A stretch of DNA of 64,000 bases from Bryobacterales bacterium (lineage in GTDB: Bacteria; Acidobacteriota; Terriglobia; Bryobacterales; Bryobacteraceae). The notes below the pieces were generated by a model, which saw nothing but the letters and a program-made list of their open reading frames with translations, was not told the origin of the DNA and ran no database searches. The DNA is taken from assembly GCA_963819185.1 (NCBI GenBank), contig CAWFVG010000003.1:223984-287983 (forward strand). Direction: 5' to 3'. Every line of letters starts with the position of its first letter. Position 1 is the first letter of the stretch. Positions 53,347 through 63,285 of this stretch are shown one piece after another. The translations under genes and the position numbers were made by a program.

Positions 53347-54554
53347 CGCTGGAGCACCCGAATGTCCTCACCCGCGGCCCAGTGTTCGCGATCCGCGTCC
53401 GCGACCAGAAACGCATTGGCGCGAGCAAGCGACGGAATGTCGCCCGAGCCATGCCAGGGCTCCGGCGTGATTGCCGCGCCGTCCGGGCTCAGGACCGCGG
53501 GAAGAAATCGCGTCAAACCCGGCTTGTGATTGAAGTCGCGCGTGAGCCGGGCGCGCAATAGCGGCAGAGGCGCGGCCTGGGCGCCGCTCAAGAGTTCGAC
53601 CGCCGCGCGGGCAAACACTTCGAACGTCACCATGGTTGAGGCGGGATTTCCGGGCAGCCCGAAGAACTGCTTTCCTTGAGCCGGGCCATCGTTGATCACG
53701 CCGAAAACCAGCGGCTGGCCGGGTTGGATCTTCACGCGATCGAAGTAAAACGACGCGCCCAGATCGGCCAGGACGCTTTCGACCAAGTCGTACTTTCCGG
53801 CCGAGACTCCGCCGGAGAGGACCAAGAGATCGGCTTCGAGGCCGCGCGCGATCATCCAGCGCAGCGATTCCTCGTTATCGCGAGCAATGGGAAAGATCAC
53901 CGCCGTCCCACCGGCGCGCTCGACCTGCGCCGCCAGAGACCACGCGTTGGAATTACGGATTTGAAATTGCCTCGGCTGACCGCTGACTCCGACAATTTCA
54001 TCGCCGGTGGGGACGATCGCCACCCGTGGCTTTCGAAACGCTTGTACGCATTCTTGTCCGGCCATGGCCAGCGCGGCGATCTCGGCGTAACCCAGACGCC
54101 GCCCAGCCTCCACGATCACGGCCCCGCCGGCAGCTTCCGACCCGCGATGGCTGATATTGTCCCCCGATAGCTGCGCACGATCGATCTTCACGCGGTTTCC
54201 ATTACGCGTGGAATGCTCTATCATCACCACGGCGTCGGCGCCTTCGGGCAGCGGCGCGCCGGTCATGATCTCGACAGTTTCGCCATTGCTCACCGAACCT
54301 TCGAAGACCTGGCCCGCCCTAACCTCGCCGATGATCGCCAATTCCCCCGGCAAATCCACCGCGCGAACCGCGAATCCGTCGCGAGCCGAACGGTCGAAGG
54401 GAGGATAGTCCCGGTCCGCCGGAACATTTTCCGCAATCACGCGTCCAAGTGCCTGTAGCGTTCGCACCGGTTCGGTCGCATTGGATTGTTTGGGATCGGC
54501 CCGGCGAGCGTTTTGTAACACGCAGGATCGGGCTTCTTCGAATGTCAGCGCCAC
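53343..54554 (-). CDS. moeA: Molybdopterin molybdenumtransferase MoeA
   Basis: 403 aa. [31 protein letters not shown]-like [13 protein letters not shown] and [11 protein letters not shown]. Confidence 0.92.
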   Translation of the reverse strand: MALTFEEARSCVLQNARRADPKQSNATEPVRTLQALGRVIAENVPADRDYPPFDRSARDGFAVRAVDLPGELAIIGEVRAGQVFEGSVSNGETVEIMTGAPLPEGADAVVMIEHSTRNGNRVKIDRAQLSGDNISHRGSEAAGGAVIVEAGRRLGYAEIAALAMAGQECVQAFRKPRVAIVPTGDEIVGVSGQPRQFQIRNSNAWSLAAQVERAGGTAVIFPIARDNEESLRWMIARGLEADLLVLSGGVSAGKYDLVESVLADLGASFYFDRVKIQPGQPLVFGVINDGPAQGKQFFGLPGNPASTMVTFEVFARAAVELLSGAQAAPLPLLRARLTRDFNHKPGLTRFLPAVLSPDGAAITPEPWHGSGDIPSLARANAFLVADADREHWAAGEDIRVLQR

Positions 54555-54632
54555 CCTTTCAGCTTACGCGAACGCCATGTATACTATGGGCAGCCCGACG
54601 CATAGGACCCGATTCACGGAGGTAAATCGTCC

Positions 54633-56603
54633 ATGAAGCGCTCCCTACTTATACTTGCGGTAGCCGGATGGGCCGCCGCCAGCGGGCCCTACGACCAAAA
54701 GCTTTCTCCCGACCAGCAGATCATTCACGCGCTCAATCGCCTGACCTTCGGCCCCCGCCCGGGCGATGTCGAAGAGGTGCGGCGCATCGGCCTGAATAAA
54801 TGGATCGAATTACAACTTCATCCGGACCAAATTCCTGAAAATCCGGTGCTGGAGGCGAAACTCAAGCCGCTGGCCAGCTTGAACCTGCCTCTGGCCGATG
54901 TGGTCCGCGATTACACTCCTCCGCCGCAATCACCAGCCATGATGATGACGCCGATCAATCGGCCAAATCCGGCACTGATGAACCTGATTCAAACCGATAC
55001 GCCGGAGGAGCGCGTTACGCTGCTCAAGTCGCTGGATCCGGAGAAGCGGCGCCAGCTTCTGGGAGCCTTGGCGCCCAACATAATCGCGACCATGCCGGAG
55101 TTCAAAGATGAGGCGGACGAAGCCCGGCGCATGCAGCAAGAGGAACAGCAGAAGCGGTTTCGCATGCTGAATCCGCAACTGACCGACTTGCTGAATCCGG
55201 ACCAGGTAGCGGCGGCGCGATCCGGCAACAAGGATCAAATCCTGGCGCTGATGGCGTATCTCGATCCGGAAAAGCGCCCGCAGGTGGCCAGCCTGCTGCC
55301 GGACCAAAGCCTTGCCGATCTTCCGGATTTGCGGCGCGAGGGGCACATGAAGCGCCAGCCCAGGCAGGTGGCGAGCGACGACGTAAAAGAGGCCAAGGTT
55401 TTCCGCGCGATCTACTCCAACCGGCAATTGGAAGAGGTGCTGGTGGACTTCTGGTACAACCACTTCAACGTGGACGTCAATAAAACCGTAGCTCAGTCCA
55501 ATGGGCCGCAGGTGCAAAACCTCATGCACCTGTTGATCGGCAGCTATGAGCGCGACGCGATCCGCCCCCATGTGCTCGGGCACTTTAAGGATCTCTTGCT
55601 GGCAACCGCGCGTCATCCCGCGATGCTGTACTACCTGGACAATTGGGAATCGATGGCGAACGGAGGCGTCGATGTCGGTCCGTTCGCCCCCAATCGCGGC
55701 ACCGTAAACGGCGTGCCAAACTCGATTGTTCCGTCGCCCATATCGCGCCTGGCGCATGGCCTCAACGAAAACTACGGGCGCGAGGTGATGGAGTTGCACA
55801 CGCTCGGGGTGAAGGCGGGATATACCCAGGATGACGTGATTGCGGTCGCGCGCTGCTTCACCGGATGGACCGTGCGGAGCATGGAGAATCCCGAGTTCGT
55901 CTTCGCGCCCTTCATGCACGATTTCGGCGAGAAGACGGTGCTAGGCCATAAGATTCCGGCGGGCGGCGGGGAGCAGGACGGTCTGCAAGTGATCGACATT
56001 CTGGTCCATCAGCCTGCGACCGCCAAGTTTATCTCGCGCGAATTGGCCCAGCGCTTCGTCGCCGACGATCCTCCGCAGGCGTTGGTCGACCGAATGGCGC
56101 AAACCTTCAGCAAGACCGATGGCGACCTGCGGGCGGTGATGGAGACAATGTTCACCTCACCCGAGTTCTTCTCAGAAGGCGCCTGGCTGTCTAAGATCAA
56201 ATCGCCACTGGAGACGGTGGTGAGCGCCGCACGGGCGATGCCGGGCGAAGTAACGGATACCTATTCTCTGGTGCAGAAGATTGCCGATCTGGGCCAACCC
56301 CTTTACGGAAAACTCGAGCCCACAGGCTATCCCAACACCGGCGATGGTTGGCTGAGCAGCGCGGGCGTGATGGGGCGCATGAACCTTGCGGCGGCGATGG
56401 CCTCCGGTCTCACTCCCGGGTTCAAATTGGACCCATCCCGGCTGACTGCAAAGGATGCGGCGGGCATCGCGCGGGAACTGTTGGCGCGCGAACCATCTAC
56501 ACAAACCTCCGCCGCGCTGGCGGAGGGTGTGGAAGGCAAGGATCTTTCACCGCCGTTCCTGGCGTCTTTAGTGATCGGTTCACCGGATTTCCAAAGGAGG
56601 TAA
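54633..56603 (+). CDS. DUF1800 domain-containing protein
   Basis: 656 aa. HALNRLTFGPRPGD, FWYNHFNV, LDNW.S and NENYGREVMELHTLGV are characteristic of DUF1800. Followed by its usual DUF1501 partner. Confidence 0.85.
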   Translation: MKRSLLILAVAGWAAASGPYDQKLSPDQQIIHALNRLTFGPRPGDVEEVRRIGLNKWIELQLHPDQIPENPVLEAKLKPLASLNLPLADVVRDYTPPPQSPAMMMTPINRPNPALMNLIQTDTPEERVTLLKSLDPEKRRQLLGALAPNIIATMPEFKDEADEARRMQQEEQQKRFRMLNPQLTDLLNPDQVAAARSGNKDQILALMAYLDPEKRPQVASLLPDQSLADLPDLRREGHMKRQPRQVASDDVKEAKVFRAIYSNRQLEEVLVDFWYNHFNVDVNKTVAQSNGPQVQNLMHLLIGSYERDAIRPHVLGHFKDLLLATARHPAMLYYLDNWESMANGGVDVGPFAPNRGTVNGVPNSIVPSPISRLAHGLNENYGREVMELHTLGVKAGYTQDDVIAVARCFTGWTVRSMENPEFVFAPFMHDFGEKTVLGHKIPAGGGEQDGLQVIDILVHQPATAKFISRELAQRFVADDPPQALVDRMAQTFSKTDGDLRAVMETMFTSPEFFSEGAWLSKIKSPLETVVSAARAMPGEVTDTYSLVQKIADLGQPLYGKLEPTGYPNTGDGWLSSAGVMGRMNLAAAMASGLTPGFKLDPSRLTAKDAAGIARELLAREPSTQTSAALAEGVEGKDLSPPFLASLVIGSPDFQRR

Positions 56604-56611
56604 CCGCCCCC

Positions 56612-57853
56612 ATGTACAAATCAATGTTGACGCGGCGATTTTTCTTACGCGGTTCTGCAATCGTAATGGCTGGAATGGGCCGGGCGCCGGGGTGGCTGGC
56701 GCGTGCCGCCTCGGTTGAAGGCAAAAAGCGCAAAATCCTGGTGGCGATTTTTCAGCGTGGCGCGGCCGACGGTTTGAATATCGTGATCCCGTTCGCCGAA
56801 ACACGCTACCGGGAATTACGGCCAAACCTCGGGCTCGCCGCGCCGACGCGCGAGAACAACGGGACCAATGCGCCGAATGGCGCCATCGATCTGGATGGAC
56901 AGTTCGCATTGAATCCCGCGCTGCGCCCGCTGAAAGCGCTGTGGGACAAGCGGCAGTTGGCTATCGTAGAGGCGACCGGCTCGCCCGATTCCTCGCGCTC
57001 GCACTTCGACGCGCAGGATTACATGGAGTCCGGCACGGCCAGCAAGACGCTGGGAGACGGGTGGCTGAATCGCGCGCTTCCCTCGGGCGGTGAGGCTAAC
57101 TCGCCGCTGCGCGCCGTCTCCATGACCACTCAACTTCCTCGAATCCTGCGTGGCGAACGGAACGCCATCGCCATCGGCGATTCCCAGCAGTTCAATCTCG
57201 GAAACCAAAACGCGACAGCGATCCTGCAGAAAATGTATAGCGCCTCGCCCGACGCGCAGGTGGGCCGCACCGGCAAAGACACTTTCGAAGCGATGAAGCT
57301 GATCGCGTCCATCAATCAAGGCTCGTTTCCGAACGGATTCAATGGGGGAGGTCCCGGCGGCGAGCTCGATGGCGAGCTCCGCCAGCTCGCCAGATTGATT
57401 AAAGCCGACGCAGGTGTCGAGGTTGCATTTGCCGAAATCGGCGGCTGGGATCATCACGGCTCCGAGAACCAACAACTGAACCAGTTGCTCAACCGCTTCT
57501 CCAACGCGATCTCAGCGTTCACCCAGGAAATGGGCGATCGCATGGAGGATGTGGTGCTGGTGACCATGTCCGAATTCGGCCGCACCGCCGCGGAAAACGG
57601 CGACGCGGGTACCGACCATGGCCACGGCAGTCTCATGTTCGTGCTGGGTGGTCCGGTCCAAGGAGGCAAGGTCTACGGTAAGTGGCCTGGGTTAGAGAAG
57701 GAGCAGCTTTTCGAAGGCCGCGACCTGGCGGTCACCACCGACTACCGGTCGGTGCTGAGCGAACTCGTGCGTGGGCACCTCGGGCAGCAGGACTTGAGCC
57801 GCGTGTTCCCCGGATTCACTCCGGGCGATCCGCTCGGGTTGTTGAAAGCGTAG
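56612..57853 (+). CDS. DUF1501 domain-containing protein (Tat-signal, sulfatase-like)
   Basis: Start at ATG 56612 after AAGGAGG. MYKSMLTRRFFLRGSAIVMAG twin-arginine signal. TMSEFGRT and GTDHGHG motifs. Confidence 0.88.
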   Translation: MYKSMLTRRFFLRGSAIVMAGMGRAPGWLARAASVEGKKRKILVAIFQRGAADGLNIVIPFAETRYRELRPNLGLAAPTRENNGTNAPNGAIDLDGQFALNPALRPLKALWDKRQLAIVEATGSPDSSRSHFDAQDYMESGTASKTLGDGWLNRALPSGGEANSPLRAVSMTTQLPRILRGERNAIAIGDSQQFNLGNQNATAILQKMYSASPDAQVGRTGKDTFEAMKLIASINQGSFPNGFNGGGPGGELDGELRQLARLIKADAGVEVAFAEIGGWDHHGSENQQLNQLLNRFSNAISAFTQEMGDRMEDVVLVTMSEFGRTAAENGDAGTDHGHGSLMFVLGGPVQGGKVYGKWPGLEKEQLFEGRDLAVTTDYRSVLSELVRGHLGQQDLSRVFPGFTPGDPLGLLKA

Positions 57854-57915
57854 CGGATCGGCACAAGGCCGCGCGGATTCCGCGAGAACTTCCCCAGCAT
57901 CCCCGCACTTTCGTA

Positions 57916-58221
57916 ATGTCCCCATGGGACAATGAAGGAAGCTTGCCGGTGAACGATTTCCAGCTTTATCTTGCGATAGGCGTGCCGACCATCGCGGTGC
58001 TCGCCAGTCTGACCGTGAGCCTCGTCCAGATCAGCGCAATCCGCCAGGACATGGCAGAGAACCTGCGCGAGATCCGCGCGGATATTCGGGAACTCCGTGC
58101 CGACATGCGGGGCATCCGCGCCGAGATGCTCGAAATCCGCAACGACATCAAGATCATCGTTAGTAAACTCGTTGAACTCGACAATCGCGTCACGCGCATT
58201 GAGGACCGGCTCGCGCACTAG
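57916..58221 (+). CDS. Small N-terminally anchored coiled-coil protein with four perfect heptad repeats
   Basis: 101 aa from internal ATG. TM LAIGVPTIAVLASLTVSLV, then REIRADI/RELRADM/RGIRAEM/LEIRNDI. Confidence 0.5.
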   Translation: MSPWDNEGSLPVNDFQLYLAIGVPTIAVLASLTVSLVQISAIRQDMAENLREIRADIRELRADMRGIRAEMLEIRNDIKIIVSKLVELDNRVTRIEDRLAH

Positions 58222-58225
58222 CCGG

Positions 58226-58564
58226 CTACTGCGGGATCCTGGGAACCTCCAGGTGGAACAACTTCATGGGAGCGTCGCCCGCGCGGATCGATGCGCTATC
58301 CTCCGGCGCGAGATACACGCCTGAGCCCTTGCGCACCTGGTAATCCTTCCCTTCCAGCTGAATCACGCCTGAGCCATCCATCAGATACAGAAGCTGATGC
58401 TTGCCATTGGCCGCCGCATCGAAAGACTCGCCCGATTCGAGCCAGCGCAAGGTTCCCAACACGTTCTTGGCTCCTACCAGCGGTCCATTGAGAATCTCGG
58501 TGAACTTGCCGCCGGGGGAATCGATCTTGGGAAGGTTGTTGGTGTCGATGAAAGTAGTCGTCAT
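58226..58564 (-). CDS. Cupin domain protein (metal-binding His motif degenerate)
   Basis: 112 aa. Cupin beta-barrel pattern (HQLLYLMDGSGVIQLEG..GSGVYLAPE) but no HxH..E. Confidence 0.65.
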   Translation of the reverse strand: MTTTFIDTNNLPKIDSPGGKFTEILNGPLVGAKNVLGTLRWLESGESFDAAANGKHQLLYLMDGSGVIQLEGKDYQVRKGSGVYLAPEDSASIRAGDAPMKLFHLEVPRIPQ

Positions 58565-58987
58565 TTATGTCTGCACCCATACGCGCCCGTCCACGCGGTT
58601 CCAGCGAAGATCGTCAGGCGTGCCGTCAAGAATCGTAGTCTTAAACCGGTTCGGAGCCTGGAACTCGAAGTAGAACAGCGGCGTTTCCGGCGCGCGCAGC
58701 CGGTGCTTGGCTTCCGCCGGAATAAACACCAAATCGCCCGGCCCCACGTCGCGCGATCCCTCCGGCGTATCGACAATCGCCTTGCCTTCGATGATGAAGT
58801 AGAAGTGCTCGCAATTGACGTGATAGTGATAGGGCGACGATCCGCCTTTGGCGTAGTGCATCACGCCGGCCAGCATGTCATCGATCTCCGCCAGCTCCTG
58901 GTTGACAAAGAATATCCGTTCGCGGCCCGGAACCACTGAGACCAGCTTGGGAAGATCGTCCTCGTGAAAGATATAAGCCATCGGCAA
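58565..58987 (-). CDS. Cupin_2 domain protein
   Basis: 140 aa. G..SPYHYHVNCEHFYFIIEG and GDLVFIPAEAKHRL are canonical cupin motifs 1 and 2. Confidence 0.8.
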   Translation of the reverse strand: MPMAYIFHEDDLPKLVSVVPGRERIFFVNQELAEIDDMLAGVMHYAKGGSSPYHYHVNCEHFYFIIEGKAIVDTPEGSRDVGPGDLVFIPAEAKHRLRAPETPLFYFEFQAPNRFKTTILDGTPDDLRWNRVDGRVWVQT

Positions 58988-58998
58988 TGCTCCAAAAT

Positions 58999-60373
58999 TT
59001 AATGCGGGCGATACGCCACACGCGCAATTTCCGCGTAGGGCGCGGCAGCGACCGTGGCCCGAATCTCCCGCTGCTCATGCCGCTCCACCGTCGGCTTGGA
59101 AGAGCCACGCGCCTCTTCACCCCAGATCAGCGTGACCTGGGCGCCGGGCTCGCTATGCTCCACGTCAATCACCGCCAGCGAAATCATCGCCCGTTCATTG
59201 TACGTGTAGCCGGTATAGGTAGAGAGCCCCACGGTTTTTCCGTCTTTCAACACTTTGTCGTAGGGCAGAGTCGCATAATTGGCGAGAGGCACGTCCAGAA
59301 ACTTGGCGGGATCGGCGCGACCATGCACCAGGGAGCCCCAGACATGCTCCACATCGTCACCGTTCCAGACCAGCGTCACTTTCTTACGCCGTTGGTTGGA
59401 CGCGATTTTCTTCGAGCGCTTCACGCCCAACGAAATCGTGATCGAACTTGACAAACTGTCCGTAGCCGAGATCGTAGGGAGTGAAATAATAGCCGGCGAT
59501 ATTGTTCGAGTAAAAGCTCCCGCCGAGCGAAGCCATGGCTTCGTAAGCCGAAGGCTTCAGCCACTCGCGATAAGATTTCATTGCATCGCCGGTATAGATG
59601 GCCGGCATCGGCGAGGGAATCCATCCGGATTCAAGGCACGTGGTCGGATACGTCCGCGCGCCCACTTGCCGCAGTCCAAACTCCTGCCCCGCCGCGACGA
59701 TCGCGTCGCGAACCGCTTCCCCATCTTCCCAGGGGCCGAACAATTCCCACCCCGGTTGCCCCACCATGCCGTGGCGCAGAGCACGCACCGCGCGGCCGGC
59801 GACCAGCATCGTATCCATATTGAAGAAGCGGATGTCCGGCGCGGGCTTGCCGGTGACCTTCTCCATCACGTGCAGCGCGTGAGGACCTTGAATCTGATAG
59901 CGGTATGTGAGCCGCCGGCCTTGATTGGCCGCCGTTCGCTCGTCCCGGGTTACTCTCGCGTTGTACTTCCCGGTCTCAACCTGATACTGCACCCAGTTTT
60001 CCGCCGGAGGCCGGCCCACCAGGTTGAAGCGGTTTTCGCCGAGGTAGAACAGAATCGCGTCGCCGATCACATAGCCATCGTGATTGCAGGCCACGAACTG
60101 CTTGGCTTGATTGACGCGGAAAGTCTTGAACGAATTGACGGCGAGGTCCGAAAACACCTTGAGCGCATCGGGACCCTCCACGTACAAATCCGTCATATGA
60201 TGCGACTGATCGAAGAGCGCGCAGGTTTCGCGCCACGCGCGCTGTTCATCGCGCCAGTTGGTGAATTCGTAGCGCACCACGGGGAATGCGTAAGGGCCGA
60301 TCTGTGAATTGCGCAACAACTCCACCGGGCTCGCGGCGGCTTGTAGAATTTCTTCGAGGTTCTTGGGGCTCAT
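58999..60373 (-). pseudogene. LigM-like tetrahydrofolate-dependent O-demethylase (GcvT/aminomethyltransferase family) with a +1 frameshift
   Basis: ORF 59384-60373 ends ..FVKFDHDFVGREALEE. ORF 58999-59454 continues ..IASNQRRKKVTLVWNGDDV.. in the +1 frame. The break is in the A4/T4 run 59406-59409. Collinear with my recollection of Sphingobium LigM. Confidence 0.75.
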
Positions 60374-61554
60374 ACTTGCGGTTGTGCGAGAGCGTCCGCC
60401 AGATCGTTCAGGAAGCGGGCGGCCTGCGCGCCGTCCACCACGCGGTGATCGCTGGAAAGGGTCAGCGTCAGCATCGGGCGGATGGCTGGCGCGCCGTTCA
60501 CCGGAACCACCCTGTCCGCGATCCGGCCGACCGCCAGGATCGCGGCTTGCCCTTGCGTGATGATCGCCTGAAACGCGTCCACCTGGAACATGCCGAGGTT
60601 GCTGATGGTGAAGGTGCCGCCGGCGACATCGGAGGGACGCAGGCGGCCCGCTCGAGCGCGCTCGGCAAGCTGCTTGCGTTGAACGGCGATGTCGGGGAGG
60701 GCGAGTGAGTCCGCCTTCGGAATCACTGCGGCCACCACTCCGTCCTCGACCGCGATCGCCAGCGAGATATTCACCTCGGGATTGAGATGAACGCCCTGGC
60801 CGCTCCAGTTCGCGTTCATCTTAGGGTGCCGGGCGAGCACCCGCGCCGTGATCGAGATCAGCACATCGCTGATGGTAAACCCCTCGCCGGCGCATTTGCG
60901 AGCCTCCATCAATCCGCTGGCGTCGACCTCGCGAACCAAAAAGAAATGCGGCGTCTGCGTCCAGCTTTGCGTGGTGCGCTCCGCCATCAGGCGCGCCACC
61001 GCGCTCAGCGCAGGAACTGCGGGCGCCGCCGGTAGAGGAACCGGAGCCGCTTTGGGCGCGGCCGCCGCCGCCAGCACGTCCTCGCTGGTGATCGAGCCGT
61101 CGGGCCCCGTGCCGCGGATGTGCGAAAGATCCAGACCGTGCTGCTCGGCGATGCGCCGCGCCTTCGGCGAGATGCGGGGCCCCTTGGCCGCCGTCGAGCC
61201 GCCCACCGCGCTCGGAGCCGGCGCAGGCATCGAAACCGCGGGAGCGCCCGTCGACCGCGCTTGCTGCTGCATGGCCCGCGTCGCCGCGTCTTCCCCCTCC
61301 GCCGGAGGCTGCTCGCCTCGCGCCACAATCCAGGCGATGGTCTGACCCACCGGCACCACATCGCCGGCACTCGATTTCACCCCGGCCAGCACGCCTTCCG
61401 CCGGAGCCTCCAGTTCGAACACAGCCTTGTCCGTCTCGATCTCCGCGATCATCTCGCCCTTGGCCACGGCGTCGCCTTCGCCCTTCAACCAAGCCAGCAG
61501 CTTTCCCGATTCCTGCGCCAGCTCCAGCGCCGGCATCACCACACTGACCGCCAT
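60370..61554 (-). CDS. 2-oxoacid dehydrogenase E2 component (dihydrolipoamide acyltransferase)
   Basis: 394 aa. Lipoyl domain (IAEIETDKAVFELEAP), Ala/Pro linker, E3/E1-binding domain (ISPKARRIAEQHGLDLSHIRGTGPDG) and catalytic SSDHRVVDGA. Confidence 0.9.
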   Translation of the reverse strand: MAVSVVMPALELAQESGKLLAWLKGEGDAVAKGEMIAEIETDKAVFELEAPAEGVLAGVKSSAGDVVPVGQTIAWIVARGEQPPAEGEDAATRAMQQQARSTGAPAVSMPAPAPSAVGGSTAAKGPRISPKARRIAEQHGLDLSHIRGTGPDGSITSEDVLAAAAAPKAAPVPLPAAPAVPALSAVARLMAERTTQSWTQTPHFFLVREVDASGLMEARKCAGEGFTISDVLISITARVLARHPKMNANWSGQGVHLNPEVNISLAIAVEDGVVAAVIPKADSLALPDIAVQRKQLAERARAGRLRPSDVAGGTFTISNLGMFQVDAFQAIITQGQAAILAVGRIADRVVPVNGAPAIRPMLTLTLSSDHRVVDGAQAARFLNDLADALAQPQV

Positions 61555-62921
61555 TAGTCTCCCACCCCGACCCTTTCGTTTTGCGCGCTGGCTTCGATCA
61601 TGTCAATCACTAGCTGATTTGGCTCGGGTTCGGTCTCCCGCGTCGCCGCGAGCGGTCCGCTCGACGTGTAGTAGCGCTGCCCAGCCACCAGCAACTGCTC
61701 GGCCGGGAAGCGCGTGATGATTTCATGGCCGGTTTCCGTCACCACGATTTCCTCTTCAATGCGCGCCGCGCTCCAACCGTCCTTCGACGGCCAGAAGGTC
61801 TCCAGCGCAAACACCATGCCCGGTTTGATTTCGTAGGAATGCTCCAGCGAAACCAGGCGGCTGATCACCGGTTTCTCCCAGATCGCGAGGCCGATGCCGT
61901 GGCCGTACTGCAGCCCGAAGCAGGCTTCCTCATTGGGAAACCCGAACTCCTGAGCCTTCGGCCATACCGATGCGATCTCACCCGTGGTTCGTCCCGCCCG
62001 CACCAGCGAAATCGCCGCGTCCAGATACTCGCGGCAGCGCTTATACGCATCCACCAAAGCGTGCGAGGCAAAGCCCACAGAAAACGTCCGGTAATAACAC
62101 GTCCGGTATCCCATATACGAGTGCAGAATGTCGAAATACGCCGGATCCCCCGGCCGCAGCACCCGGTCCGAAAACACATGCGGATGCGGATTGCAGCGCT
62201 CGCCCGAGATGGCGTTGACGCCTTCCACATATTCCGAGCCGAGATCGTACAGCACCTTGCTCGCCAGGCCGACACACTGGTTCTCGCTCATCCCCGGCTT
62301 CATCGCCCGGTACAGCTCATCGTAAGCCGCGTCCACCATCATCGCGGCGGTGTTGAGGAGCGTGATCTCGTCTTCGGTCTTGATGGCGCGCGCGTCCGAC
62401 ATCAACTGCTGTCCGTCCACTACCGTGATGCCTTCGCGTTGCAGCGCGAACAGCACCGGCGGCTCAATCACGTCGATGCCCACCGGCTCCTTATGCAGCC
62501 CGCGCATCTCCAGCTCGATTTTGATCTTGCGAGCCACGTCTTCGGCCCGCCCCATTTCCGGCGACATCGCCCCGCGCAGCAGCGAAATCCCCGCGCGCGA
62601 GCGCTCCCCCATCCACGGACAATGCAGTTGGTGATGCTTGGCGGCCGAGCCGAAGTCCCACATAATCGGCTCGCCCATGGCTGAATCGGCGCCGCCGCTC
62701 TGCGGCAGCAACGTGAACCGGCTGACCTTGTCCTGCGCCCACGTGCCGATGTGCGTGGCCGTGATGTAGCGCACGTTGTTCATGTCGAAGCACAGCAGCG
62801 AACCCAGCTCCGACTTGGCCAGAAACGACTTAATCCGTTCCAGCCGCTGCCTGCGCAGCCGGTCCATGTCGACCCGCTGCTCCCAATCCACCGCCATCGT
62901 GCCGTAGGTTTTTAATGCCAT
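61554..62921 (-). CDS. M24 family metallopeptidase-fold protein (creatinase/prolidase/DddP-like)
   Basis: 455 aa. N-terminal creatinase-like domain (LLCFDMNNVRYITA) and pita-bread domain (FDILHSYMGYRTCYYRT, YGHGIGLAIWE, VFALETF, RIEEEIVVTETG). Confidence 0.8.
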   Translation of the reverse strand: MALKTYGTMAVDWEQRVDMDRLRRQRLERIKSFLAKSELGSLLCFDMNNVRYITATHIGTWAQDKVSRFTLLPQSGGADSAMGEPIMWDFGSAAKHHQLHCPWMGERSRAGISLLRGAMSPEMGRAEDVARKIKIELEMRGLHKEPVGIDVIEPPVLFALQREGITVVDGQQLMSDARAIKTEDEITLLNTAAMMVDAAYDELYRAMKPGMSENQCVGLASKVLYDLGSEYVEGVNAISGERCNPHPHVFSDRVLRPGDPAYFDILHSYMGYRTCYYRTFSVGFASHALVDAYKRCREYLDAAISLVRAGRTTGEIASVWPKAQEFGFPNEEACFGLQYGHGIGLAIWEKPVISRLVSLEHSYEIKPGMVFALETFWPSKDGWSAARIEEEIVVTETGHEIITRFPAEQLLVAGQRYYTSSGPLAATRETEPEPNQLVIDMIEASAQNERVGVGD

Positions 62922-62943
62922 GACAAAACCCTCCCACCCAAAG

Positions 62944-63285
62944 TCAACCCTTAATCTCTACCATCGCCTCGCCCGAAGTCAAGAGCTCGCAAGCCGCGGC
63001 GAAAGTGCGGCCGAGCACGCTGCGCATCTCCCGGTTCGAGGTGTTGCCGCAAGTGACCCAGATCACCCGCGGAGGCCCCCCATGACGGCGCAGCAGATCC
63101 ACGAAATCGCGATCCTTCGTCAGAACCACCGCATCCGCATTCCGGGCGCGGAAAAAGATTTCCGTGTCGGAAGCGTGCACCAAATCCAAATCCCTCAGGG
63201 CACACGCCTCGACGCTAAACTGGGCCGCCAGCCACAGTGCGAGCTCCGGTGAAATCTGCGCGTCTATCCAAACTGTCACGGCCAA
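62944..63285 (-). CDS. DUF5615 family PIN-like putative toxin
   Basis: 113 aa. WIDAQISPELALWL..DTEIFFRARNADAVVLTKDRDF. TTG 63285 or GTG 63279 start, inside the tandem repeat. Confidence 0.7.
   Translation of the reverse strand: MAVTVWIDAQISPELALWLAAQFSVEACALRDLDLVHASDTEIFFRARNADAVVLTKDRDFVDLLRRHGGPPRVIWVTCGNTSNREMRSVLGRTFAAACELLTSGEAMVEIKG

Noticed and set aside
54555-54632. Moco riboswitch upstream of moeA-moaC-mogA
   Set aside because: Only 78 bp are available between divergent start codons. This is too short for the roughly 130-nt Moco RNA motif, and no conserved elements were seen.
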